In this document: positions 42,291-54,077 of the stretch, in pieces
Numbering within the stretch: the first letter of the stretch is position 1
Layout of the letters: every line of letters begins with the position of its first letter
NCBI GenBank assembly: GCA_040954595.2
Contig: CM082591.2
Span: 5,115,009 to 5,179,008, forward strand
Direction: 5' to 3'
DNA: 64,000 nucleotides
From: Balanoglossus misakiensis
Taxonomy: Eukaryota > Animalia > Hemichordata
Made by a program: the position numbers and the translations under genes
The notes under the pieces: generated by a model
The model's input: the letters and a program-made list of their open reading frames with translations, nothing else
What the model was told of the DNA's origin: nothing
The model's database searches: none

Positions 42291-44837
42291 ATGGCCACAG
42301 GTTGGGGAATCGAGCAGCAGGGCGCCACTGCAGGGCTAACGCCTCTAGAAAACTACAGTTTCCATAACGACGCGGCCGCCATGTATGGGGAATGCTTCGA
42401 TGACACGACTAACGATTTTGCAAAAGGCGATGAGGTAAAGTCATCTGATTTTCTCCAAATTCAACAGATATACCGTAATTTCTAAAGACTTCCGTGGACA
42501 TCTCATCTGCGGACCAAGAGTTTTTTTACCGCACAAGTTTTGTCATATGACCGATATTCATAATCTGAACGACAATTTGTGGGAAATTGGGTGGGGAGCG
42601 TTCTTGTGTCGTTCGCCGCATCATTTTTTTTCTCGTGTCTCCCTTGCGCACACAGCTGCCTGTATTCGACGAAGACTCCCTCAAGGACCTGTGTACGATT
42701 GTCGACCGCGAGATGAGAGAGCGCATCCGAGTAGATAAGTTGAAGTATTTCCGCGACGCCGGACTTCCACTGGGTACGTAAAACTCCTGAAGCAGCGACA
42801 CCGTGTGCTTGCGCAAACTTGTCGCACGGTAATCCATGTAAAACCCACCTATACACATGTGCGGTGCGCATGTTTAATCGCCCGTTATTGTGGTAATACA
42901 TAATTTATAACGGGATAAAATGTACATTATCCCCGATTAGTACAGCGCAATTTGTTTAAATATAAGGTGGGCTTGTAGTGAGGTTGACGATAGTGGTCTT
43001 TTGATGGTAAATGGTCATAGCAAATGAAAAGGCCAATTTCTCGGCCCATCCTCTCGAGATAGTATATCTGTCTTTTCCTGTAAACAAGTTAAAAGGTTTA
43101 ATGCGAATTCTGACATCTTTTCTGCCCAGAAAAGTCTATTGAAAGTTCTGGAATTCAACCCGAGTCTTTTTGTATGACCAGGGACCGTGGGAAGACCAAA
43201 GAGGCATTTTTCTTATTTTTTACTTCCTTGTTCGTAATGACCGGCCATGTTCACAAAGTGACAATAGTTATTCAACAACTCGGAAAAATGTCGACAAACG
43301 TACATTCTGCGATAGTAATACACCTGTTGACTTCTTTCTTCCAACTACAGATATGCAGACGTGGTCAGTATTTCAGTGTGCGTGTTGGTTTCGGTGGATG
43401 ACGGGCGCCTGTGGACTTGAAGACACATTTAGCAATGACGTCATCAGAAACGGGCTCGACGGCCAGTTACTCAGCGCCATGACAGAAGGAGATTTCAAGT
43501 CGATATTCTCCGGGCACACCGAAAACGACATTGTCTTTCAAACATTTCAGTATTGGAAATCGGGTATGTGAATACTAGTATAGTCTCGTTATACAATTTG
43601 GCATCCCTAAAAAAAATGCAGGTCACCCGGGTCATTATGCTAACAGCTTATTGTCGTCCACTTCCGCTTTTGATTTTTACACAGTACATGTTGATGGAGA
43701 AGACGTGTATACAGTGGGTCGTCATTTCAATAAATACGCAAGATCGTCAGATCTAAACGGGGAGATGACGTCACTGCCATGGTCGTCGAATCAGGTAAGC
43801 GTAACCGAGATGACGTCATTCGTTTGAACACATTCGTTAAATCTACTTGCAAATAGATAAATTTAGGTTTCTTGCAATTTTTTAATCTACATGAATCAAA
43901 AACGGAAATTTCAACTATATTACAGTAATGGAGCCGGTATCGTTTATATTAAACATGAACATTTCAAGTTGAATTTTTATTTTTCTTTGCTTTAGGACCA
44001 AAACTCACATTTCCCATTTTATCAGATTTATCCGAGCAATATGCATGTCACCAGCAACGACTGTTGTGGATTGCGTGACCACAGACCTATAACACCGGCG
44101 CCACCACCGTTCAACGATGTCATCAGAGGAATGGTTTCACAGCAGGAGACCCACGAACGAGGCTATGACGCAATGGGCTTGCCCTCGTGCCACAAAATTG
44201 TCAAAAGTACGTCATCTTACATGTCGATAGTGTTGTACCAGTATCAATTTGATCCCTCAATTCGATGGTTATAGAAGCCGTAGCAATATACATGCATGAG
44301 ATCTCCAATCAATCATTGTAATCTACCAGAAAGAGATTCGTACAATATTGGCTTCAGTGTCACACTGGCATCTACAGCACATCTTGTATACGCTTCCTTT
44401 TGGCGCGAATCACATGTACCATCTTTCCACTAACGCCCGTATTTGGAATGATAACTTTGTCTGCTGGATAGTAATTTGAAACCAATGATTTTTTTCCAGG
44501 AAATCGGTCGAAAACACAGCCCCTTCTCTGGAAATTCATCCTCGAGTGTTTGAACAATCAGAAGATGACAAAATCTCTGCAGTGGGTCAACAAACGGGAC
44601 GGCACGTTCAAATTCTTCTCCAAACACAAGGAGGAGGTCGCGCATGCGTGGGGCAAGCTGAAGAACCGGAAGCGGATGACGTATCAAAAGATGGCGCGAG
44701 CGATGAGAGATTACGCGGGAAAGGGCATCATGAAGAAAGTCAAGCGGAAGTTGCACTACCGCTTCTTCCCGAACGTTCTGTCGCAGTATTGTTTCGGTTT
44801 GACCTCGCCACAAGCAAACAGATGCTGTCAGATGTAA
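42291..44837 (+). CDS. ETS transcription factor B: Spi/PU.1-type ETS domain with N-terminal PNT domain, ~377 aa
   Basis: join(42291..42434,42656..42773,43351..43563,43685..43794,43996..44206,44500..44837); GT..AG introns with the same phases as gene A, including an identical 118-nt second coding exon. PNT: LPLDMQTWSVFQCACWF...LDGQLLSAMTEGDFKSIF...FQYWK. ETS: PLLWKFIL...WVNKRDGTFKFFSKHKEEVAHAWGKLKNRKRMTYQKMARAMRDY...KKVKRKLHYRF (PU.1: GTFQFSSKHKEALAHRWG). Confidence 0.9.
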
Positions 44838-44984
44838 TTTCAAGACAATAATTCTGTCAAATCTAGCCGAAAAGCGGTTCACGCATAATTCTGATTTTCA
44901 GAGAGAGAGAGAGAGCGAGAGAGTGGACAGAAATCGTGTTTTCTGACCGGTGTAGCACTGGTGTACATACCAGTAATACTTTAA

Positions 44985-45074
44985 AGGCCCACGTTTGTTG
45001 AAGTGGGCATGATAGAGAATACAGCAGACCTATGGAACTCAGTGGTCACTGGGCAGTGCATAACACGTGCCCCT
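44985..45074. mobile_element. Short TTAA-flanked MITE-like element, related to 4359-4436
   Basis: ttaa|aggcccacg...cacgtgcccct|ttaa. Confidence 0.55.
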
Positions 45075-45524
45075 TTAAGTGCGATTTTTTTGCAGCTACA
45101 TGACTTGTAAATTAATATTTTTTTACAGTGTACGTCCAACTTTGGGGACTTCATTTTCTGCTGTTGGCATTTCTAGCCGAAATGTCTGTCAGAGAGTGCC
45201 ACCAGCATGATAAACTTGTTTGTATTTTTAAAATATAAAAACTGTGTTTATTTTTGTTTGTCTGTGTAACCACTTTTACATTGATGACCATGGGGAAACT
45301 AAAATATGGTCGATCTCACTTTTGGTAGGTGGGTGTGGGACACGCGAAAACAAATACGCCACCACATAGTTATTCGAACACCAGCAAATTGATCGTATAA
45401 TATCCTTTTTTATTTGTAACGAACCGATTTGTAGCGCACCCAATTTTTGTATCGTTGATACAAAAAAATACACATGATAACGGAGCGACACTTTGAACTC
45501 GACATATGAGACGTGAAGCGTGGC

Positions 45525-48047
45525 TCATAACATCTTCCTGCAGTAGAAATCTATATTTAGATCATCGGGTTTTTCAAAATGAAAACAGTCAAATCCCGTT
45601 TCTTTCAAAAGCTCCAACGCCCTTTCTTCTCCCCATGCTGCTCCTAAACCGAAGCTGCCACAGCCATGGGAGAGTGATGTTGTCATACAACGGAAAAGAC
45701 TCATAGTATACACCATTGGAGACCAAGGATTCTCCTTGTTATCAGCATGCTTAGTGTGCAAGCCGATCTCGCCCATTAAAAAGAATCCATCGTCTTTCAT
45801 CATGCTTCTCATCCCCCTCAGAAGGAGGTCGGGTCGTGGGACTTCATGGACCAAGTCTACGCAGTAGACAATATCAAATCTGGATTGCCAGGCTTCGGCC
45901 TCCGCCATTTTGGTTGCGTCGGCCAGGTGAAAGGTCACGTTCGAGAGTTGCATCATTGCCGCCCGAGATTTGGCAGCTGCCATTGCCTTCTCTGAGAGTT
46001 CAATGCCATGGAATGCACACTTGGGAAAATCATTGGCTAGAGAACACATAGCGGCACCAGAGCCACAGCCTACGTCACACACGACGGATGACCTCTCTGT
46101 AAAGGGATTTGACACACAATTTATATTTTATAAGCACTATATAATGTGACCCCCTCTGATTAAAATTTTTACGAATTATGTGACTTATACGACTCACATA
46201 ACACACTTAAAAGTTTTAATCAGTAAATGCTCGCTTTATATAGTAATCACATCGATGGCATAGAAAATATGCAATATAATAGTCACCGACTGATTCATAG
46301 TAATAGCCAATAAATTACGTACATGTATGAATGCCAAGCATTTACTTTGGACCAACAATTACGAAGCCATAATAATAATCAGTATTTTTTCAGTGAGAGA
46401 GATCTCCTAAAATATTTTATAGCTGTGATTGTGACTTAAAACGTCACTACAATTTTATCTCTGGTCCTGACCTACTCCTAATCTCCTTCTTTGAAGGCAA
46501 TAAAAAATCAACCGCGTGAGAATACTAGACATATCAATAAAATACAATGTATGTTAAAAATCATATCCTCCAATAGACTTCCATCTGAATAACTAATAGT
46601 ATATCTCTTCGAATCTTTTTTTCTTCAAATATAAATGTTTGTAATAATTTTCATGTCACAAATATTGCAGATAGATATTCAACTTGAGGATCTCACCTAA
46701 AATCTTTCTGATGTCTTTGTTCCTTGTGAGCAAAGTTGGAGACTGTCCCTGCAGCATTAGTTTTGTCATATTTTCCATCCAAGGGACAAATAGCGAATAT
46801 CTTGTATCTGAAACTCCTGCAGTTACAGGATAACACATAAACACACACCTATCAATGGTATGGATAATCGTGTCTATCCAAGGGACACTCTCATTCGGAT
46901 ACCATGCATAAATTACATTTTCAATATGCAAATCAAATGATTTCTGTGTATGAAGTGTCCTACCAGCACCGCCATTTTTGAACACGTGAACACTTTGTTG
47001 TAACCCAAAATAGCAACACACATGGTTTGGTTTCCTAAAAATTAGTACATAGTAGTGTAGCCTTGCTGATTGTCAATGCAATATAGACTAAGGTTTGATA
47101 GCACTCTGAGATCAACTGATTTATGATGGAGCATAAGCTTTTCATAGACATGTATAGCATCCTTCGTCAGATGTAAAAATGAATTTGTTTTCTTTATTCC
47201 GTTTTTGCTTCTGACGAAGGAGATTACAGGTCGAAAGATTATGCTCCAGCAAAAACAGTTGATCTCAGAGTGCTATCTAAAAATAAGGGAAAGCATGTTC
47301 TATCCTTCTCTATTGTGAGCACATAAGTCAAGTTGGCCGTACCGTTTGGTCCCTCCTTTTGGAAGCAGTCCGCAACATCCTTATAAACCTCGCATATCAT
47401 TGGAAGTGCTTCCGCCATTATCGAAATTCCCCCAGCGCCATCTTTAGTGCAGAGGGCGTTGTGTCGATGTGGGGGTAGGTAATAAGTGTCCTTGTTTGAA
47501 TCGACGTCTACAATCCCAGCAACCACCATGGCGCCCAGCCATTCCCTCACGTATCTACATAGTTACAAAGAATCATTGTAAGCTTATACATTGTACATGT
47601 TCTGTTACAGTGTATGGGGTTATCAAAATGCAAATTTCCAATGTTTGCTTGTTTGGAATGTTGTCACACAGGACGAGAGCGTGCAATTGTTTCATCACAC
47701 TCAAACTTGCCAACTTATGAAGCACAAGACATGTCCGTTAAATGTGGCCTACTTTTGAAAACAATAACTTCTTCAGACGACAATTTTCGTCAAGGACAGC
47801 TTGACATCATTGCCCCAAGAGTGACCGACAACAGTCCCTCTGCACTCTGTGTATTGCCTAACCTCTCTTTCAACCCTGCAGCGTCTGCGATTTCCTGTGA
47901 GGTTTTCGCCCCTCCAAGCGTTGCCATGGTGTTGAAGAGACCAACAGCCGCACCGACTGCTATGCTGACCGAAGTAAAACCAGATTGGACAGTTGAAAAC
48001 ATCCGTTTCTCAAACGCTTCCGCTGTTTCTTTGTGACCAGTTGCCAT
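45525..48047 (-). CDS. Class I SAM-dependent methyltransferase, Rv2258c-like (N-terminal winged-helix), paralogue MT1, 362 aa
   Basis: complement(join(45525..46096,46697..46816,47343..47554,47863..48047)). wHTH motif [29 protein letters not shown]; SAM motif I VCDVGCGSG; FHGIELS; FDIVYCVDLVHE; GLGAAWGEE. Confidence 0.9.
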
Positions 48048-48439
48048 TTTCGCGTCGCTGATGTGGCATGTGGGCAGGGCAAACGTGAACGGCAAACGGC
48101 TGCAACTCAGGGCAAAGGTCAAAGGTTGAAACTGGAATAAATTTGTGCATAGACAATCTATCACACGTGACTGATATTATTCAGGTTGATGTACAGTTTG
48201 TATGCATTGTGCCTCTTTTGGCGTCATGATATTGATCATCAAAGTTTTGATATAGTTGGGACGTTTAAGAAAGAGCACAAGTACAATTGAAAAATCATTT
48301 TATTTTAATAAAGACGTAAATTACTATCACATATATTTCACATTTCCAGGGAATATAATTTAATGTAATATATCATAATAAAATAACACATGGAATGGTG
48401 CTATTATCGATTTTGGTGGTGGGGGTCATTAAACCTGAC

Positions 48440-50698
48440 TCATAGTGTTTTCCTGCAGTAAACATCAATTGCCACACCTCCAATGTTTTTAACATGAACA
48501 CAATCAAATCCTGACTCTTTCAAAAGCTCCAACGCCCTTTCTTCTCCCCACGCTGTTCCTAAACCAAAACTATCCTCTCCTTGGGAGAGCGATGTTGGTA
48601 AACAACGGAACAGACTCATGCCATATATTATTGGAGACCAGGGGTTTCCCTTGTTATCGGCGCATTTGGTGCGCACACCGACGTCGTTCATTACGAAGTA
48701 GCCATCGTCTTTCATCATGCTTCGGACCCCCCTCAGCAGTAAGTCGGGTCGCCCGACATCATGGACGAAATCGACGCAATAGACGACGTCAAATTTGGAC
48801 TTCCACTCGTCCAGCTCCGCCATCTTTATGACGTCAGCGAGGTGAAAGGTCACGTTCGAGAGTCCCATTGTTGCCGCCCGAGACTTAGCGGCAGTGACGG
48901 CCCTCTCTGACAAGTCAATGCCGTGAAATTCGCACTTGGGGAAATCACGGGCCAGAAAGCACAGATCGGCACCACCGCCACAGCCTACGTCACACACAGC
49001 CGAGGAGGTCTCTGCAAATTATGGAGAGGTTTGATATTAAGTGACACTTATAATACTTCAACACGTTTGTCAGTGCTGTGGTGCCTTTACTATGAGCACC
49101 GGAAAAGAATGTTGCATGCGGAATCTCACCTAAAATTCTCTTGATATCATCATTCCCTGTCAGAAGTGTGGGTGGTTGTCCCTTTAGCCGAATGCTCGAC
49201 GCATCATCCATCCAATGATCGAAGAGTGTGTATCTTGACTCTGGAACCCCTGGTCGAATTGAACACACGTGACACACTTTATTACACGCGTCATGCCCAT
49301 GCTGTGTGGTTATTCGCTAGGACCAGTCATGTGATATGATATTACGACTATATCCCAATAGTCATACCAACTATACCCAAAGTAAATCGTGGTGTCTAGT
49401 AACCAATACTGTCGGATCCTGAATGACACACTGGGTGCAATACACAGCCTAATAATATCTTAGCGAGCACACATGACAACCTTTTTTGTTTTCAAACATA
49501 ATTGAATGTTGGTAGGACCATTATTAGTCTGCTAATGTCCCCGAGATGCATACTACCGTTCATTGCTAAGTCTATGTAATTCACCAGTGTGTTGTATAAG
49601 TAAGCTCTATCGCTCAGTATCTCAAGAAATTGTACCTTTTGGGCCACCCTGTTGGAAGCAAGTAACCACATCCTTGTAAGGTTCACAGAGCACTGGAATC
49701 GCTTCAGTCAGCTTTCCGATGTTCCCAGCGCCATCTTTAGTGCAGAGGGCGTTGTGTCGAAGTGGGGGTAGGTAATAAGTGTTCTTGTCTGAATCGACGT
49801 CTACAATCCCAGCAACCACCATTGCGCCCAGCCACTCCCTCACGTACCTGCAATAGCATTTCCGAGTAAAGAGGCAATGTCGTCAAAACTCTACATTGTA
49901 TATCGTTTAATTTATTTACAAATAAAAAGACGGTACTACTTATTTGTATACCCTTTTCTTATGGCAAAGCCCCCAGGAGTTTTCACACATGATGATATGT
50001 GAACGTTTCACTCGTACACAATCATACCTGTATACAAATGTACATTCGCGTTCTATTTTTAACATTGACGATGACGTAAGAGGTCAATCGATCTGCATTT
50101 AAATATAAACATTTGTACCTGGGATCACAGCTGTTCAACTGTAGAGTGGCGTAAGGGGGGGGGGGGGAGGGCAGAAGTAGGATTGCCCTTATCTACTCTC
50201 TCATGAAATCTATTTTTCAGGACGACTGTACATATACATGTATGCAGCACACCAATTGGTACACAGGCATGGGTCCACATATATCATTTACACACTCTCA
50301 GGCTGGGGCAGACCATCCCAATGAAGGGCTTCAATAACCCATCACTTGTATTAAACAACACAGGCTTGTGGAGTACCTTAATAGTAAAGAATGGCTTCTG
50401 CAGCAGACCTACGTAAATGACCTTCCGTGACTTACATAAATGATGTGATATCAATGCCATGCATTGATCATTGACACCAACGGCACATGCGTAAAGCACG
50501 TGCATTGACTGACCTCTCCTTCAGCCCAGCGGCGTCTGCGATTTCCTGCGACGTTTTCGCCCCTCCGAGCGTTGCCATGACATTGAAGAGACCCGTAGCC
50601 GACCCCACTGCTATGCTGACAGTGGTGAAACCCGATTGGACAGTTGTGAACATCCGTTTTTCGAACGTTTCAGCAGTTTCGTCGTGTTGAGCCTCCAT
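48440..50698 (-). CDS. Rv2258c-like SAM-dependent methyltransferase, paralogue MT2, 362 aa
   Basis: complement(join(48440..49011,49130..49249,49636..49847,50514..50698)); exon sizes 185/212/120/572 as in MT1; CDVGCGGG motif I. Confidence 0.9.
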
Positions 50699-51780
50699 TG
50701 TTGTGTCAACGATGAGAGGTCAACCGCAAACTAACGGTCAAAGGTTGTATTATGAGTATTAGGCATGTTAGGAGTGTATCCCCCGTGTGTTCAAGGTTGT
50801 CGATAGAGCACACAGATTGCCTTTGGCTATATAGATATTTTCCAGGGGCCCGGGGGACAGATTTTCACCAAACGTCAATTCTTTCTTATGTTATAAAGTG
50901 CGTCGAGTCTTTGTGAAATTAAGGGAAATAGGGTGTTCAACGTCTCGCTATGTGTAATGTAACAGTTAACGCCGAGAGAAATTACATGCTTGTTAGTCTT
51001 TATTAGATAAAAAATGAAAATTATATAAAATATATCCGGTGAACTTATTTGGGATAATTTGTTATACTGTGAATCGTTAAAATTATAATGACATGTGCAA
51101 AAAATGAAAAAAAGACACTGTAGGATGTTAAAGTATAAACCCAGATTTGTTAAGACCCTATTTCAATGGTTTACAACACTCTAAGAGAAAAAGTAATAAT
51201 TAATTAATCTAATTAAATATATTTCTGATATTAATAAATACAATGAACTAACCTAATTAAAAATATTTCTGATATCAATGCATGTGATCTATTATGTAAT
51301 CGAATACGGACTAGTTCTTCAGAGAAATTACAAACTAATTCTTTCTCTGGTGAAAATATCATCAGTGGTTATTGACACTGTTTTTGGGCGCCATATAGTT
51401 AATTCGTTTCACTATCATGGTAAAATTAAAATTACGGAACATGCATGCAAAATGTTCCAGATATGTGAATAAATGAATATTACTTAATATCTTGAGGAAA
51501 TACATTCTTGATAATACGTTAACCCCCCCCCCCCGCGCAAAAATATACAAAACCCAAGATTTCTGCAATAGCAAACCAGTGCACTTGATATGTAAGTCGC
51601 AAAAAGACAGACTTGTATAGAGACTGAGTACATAATCCAGCTTATATAATCGCCTAAAACGCCTTCACAGAAAATTAAAAAAAATGTGGTAATATACAGG
51701 CTATACTCGATCTTCGTTCAGATTGCCATGAATAACAATTTGGGCGACATGCAGGTATGATTCCTTCTCTTGCAATCGGG

Positions 51781-54066
51781 TTACACTTCTGACAAAGCTA
51801 TTTCAGAGTAAGCTTCCTTAAGCATCTCATCCCCCTTAGTGTTGGAATCGCCTTCAGCAGAGCAGCTTCTGTTGTTGATACCTTCCACAATACCTTCTGT
51901 AGTACTAGTCTTACTGTGAGATATAGCAACTTTACGGCGGCAGTACCTGATCGCACACACTGTTCCAAACGCCGCCATAGCGGTGAACATTCCAAGGAAA
52001 AAGCCAATCACTGTGTAGCCGTTAACAGGTTGGACCGACGCGTTCTTTGCTCCGTTTGATGCTGCTGCAGTAGGTTTCCTTTCATCTGTAATTATCGGTT
52101 GTGTTGTGATGCTTGAGCTTACTGTTGGGACAGCCACGTCGGTGGATAATTGGCTGATATGCGTGTCTGTATGCACAGTTATACCAGTAGTTGTATCCGT
52201 TCCCGAAGCTATACCTGGAGTATCCGTAACCGTGTCTGTACCTGCAGTATTTGCGTATTTTTCTCGTCTTGAACATATGCATGTGCCTGTGCCCATATCT
52301 CCATCTGCATCTATATCTGTATATGTACGTGTACCTATAGCTGAAGTTCCATCTGCATTCGTATTTGTATATGTATCTGTACCTCTAGCTGAAGTTATAT
52401 ATGTACCAGCATCTACATCTGCAGTTGTATCCGTATCTGAACCAGTAGCTGCAGTTTCATCTTCACTTGTATCTGAATCTGATGTGATTTCTGTTGTGCC
52501 AGAATTAGCTATTCTTGAAGTTGAACTGTGATTCGGAGGTGTTGATGGTATGATGGCTCCTGACACTTCGAAAACCGTTGAGATATCTGCAGGCGTTGAT
52601 GGTGTTTCTGTTGTTCCAAGTGGAAAAGGCTGTCCCGTGGAATTACTGTTAAGCATTCTAATCCCTAAGGATGTCCCTTCCGAGTTCGTCGCCACGCACG
52701 TATACGAACCCAACTCTGACATCTCTACCGATGGGATGAAGAGGCTTCCATTATCTTGTTGAACAATCTTTTCCTCAGAGCACGTGTTCTCCGTTTGACC
52801 TCGGATAATCTTGCCTGCAGGGCTGACCCAATGTCTATCAGGTTCCGGCACGCCATATACGTCACAGTCCATAGTTACACTGTTGCCAATTGCAGTGGTG
52901 ATTGTTTTGATTGGTGCATTGAATACCGGAAGAGGGTAACATGTAAAATTCTCTAAAGGCATCTGCAACATATCACGTCCTGCAAGGGGACCTGGTGACT
53001 TGCATCTTGTGACTTCGGGGCCAAAATGTATCCAATTGTTTTCACCATTCAACCACGCCAGGACGTCCCTCAAACGACAGTCACATGACCATGGGTTATT
53101 GTACATGTATAAAATCTCTAAATCATCCAATCCATTGAAAATATTTCCTGGCAGTGTTGTAATATTATTATTGCGAAAATATACATGCGTCAATTGATGA
53201 AGTCCATGGAAGATTTTATCCGGCAAATATGTGATTGCATTAAATGATAAGCTTAAACTATTCAAATTAGTCAACCCATGAAAAATGGTTTCTGAAAATG
53301 AAAGTAAAGAATTTTTGCTCAGCGACAGGAGATTTAGTTCGCCTAACCCCCTAAAAATATCTTCAGGCAACTTGCTGATTGAATTTTCGAACAAGAACAA
53401 ACTTTGGAGATTCGTCAAGCCATGGAAGAGGTTTTCCGGAAGACAAGTGAGTTTATTGTTACCGAGGTGAATGATACGGAGATTTTTAAGGCCGTGGAAG
53501 AGAGTTCCTGGCAAATACGTCAGCATATTGTGATAGAAGTATAATCTTTCCAATTTGTCCGTTTTCTTAAAAATGTTTTCCGGTAGCGTTGTGATTTGAT
53601 TGCTTTCGACGAATAGATCTTTAAGTTCGGAGCAATTTTCAAATATCGTTTCTGGTAATGCGCGTAGCATATTTTGAGATAGGTTAAGTCTACTCAGCTG
53701 ACGCAGGTCGTTGAATATTTTATCGGGTAATGACGACAACAGGTTTCTATTTAGGTATAGTATCGTCAAACCTCGAAGACCAGTAAAGGCACCCTCTGCA
53801 GTGTGATTGATGTTGTTGACGGACAGGTACAGGTGTTTCAGGTCGAAAAATGTCATAAAAGTGCCGTTTTCAAGACTTGTCAAAAGGTTATCATTGAGTT
53901 GGAGAAGGCTTGTGTCCAATGGTATGTCAGGAGTGATTACAGTTAACTCCCTCATACCGCAATAAACCGCAGTACCACTACATATACAGTTTCCCGGGCA
54001 CCCTTGTACGGTTCGGAGTAGTGCAAGAGTAGTCAGAACCAACAACAGTCTGCGAAGATTCCCCAT
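51781..54066 (-). CDS. Type I membrane LRR-Ig receptor (signal peptide, LRRNT, ~12 LRRs, LRRCT, Ig domain, Thr/Ser-rich stalk, TM, short tail), 761 aa
   Basis: Single open frame. Signal peptide MGNLRRLLLVLTTLALL; LRRNT CPGNCICSGTAVYC; 24-aa LxxLxLxxNxLxxLPxxxF repeats; LRRCT NNPWSCDC; Ig domain (C..W..GSLFI..GSYTCVATNSEG); TM GYTVIGFFLGMFTAMAAFGTVCAI; tail ends YSEIALSEV. Acceptor at 54096-54097; a probable 5'UTR exon ends at a CAG|GTAACT donor at 55727. Confidence 0.92.
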   Translation of the reverse strand: MGNLRRLLLVLTTLALLRTVQGCPGNCICSGTAVYCGMRELTVITPDIPLDTSLLQLNDNLLTSLENGTFMTFFDLKHLYLSVNNINHTAEGAFTGLRGLTILYLNRNLLSSLPDKIFNDLRQLSRLNLSQNMLRALPETIFENCSELKDLFVESNQITTLPENIFKKTDKLERLYFYHNMLTYLPGTLFHGLKNLRIIHLGNNKLTCLPENLFHGLTNLQSLFLFENSISKLPEDIFRGLGELNLLSLSKNSLLSFSETIFHGLTNLNSLSLSFNAITYLPDKIFHGLHQLTHVYFRNNNITTLPGNIFNGLDDLEILYMYNNPWSCDCRLRDVLAWLNGENNWIHFGPEVTRCKSPGPLAGRDMLQMPLENFTCYPLPVFNAPIKTITTAIGNSVTMDCDVYGVPEPDRHWVSPAGKIIRGQTENTCSEEKIVQQDNGSLFIPSVEMSELGSYTCVATNSEGTSLGIRMLNSNSTGQPFPLGTTETPSTPADISTVFEVSGAIIPSTPPNHSSTSRIANSGTTEITSDSDTSEDETAATGSDTDTTADVDAGTYITSARGTDTYTNTNADGTSAIGTRTYTDIDADGDMGTGTCICSRREKYANTAGTDTVTDTPGIASGTDTTTGITVHTDTHISQLSTDVAVPTVSSSITTQPIITDERKPTAAASNGAKNASVQPVNGYTVIGFFLGMFTAMAAFGTVCAIRYCRRKVAISHSKTSTTEGIVEGINNRSCSAEGDSNTKGDEMLKEAYSEIALSEV

Positions 54067-54077
54067 ATTGCATTTAT

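Noticed and set aside
52106-53470. Plus-strand ORFs overlapping the LRR gene, and similar antisense ORFs over the ETS and MT exons
   Set aside because: Antisense shadows of real coding exons.
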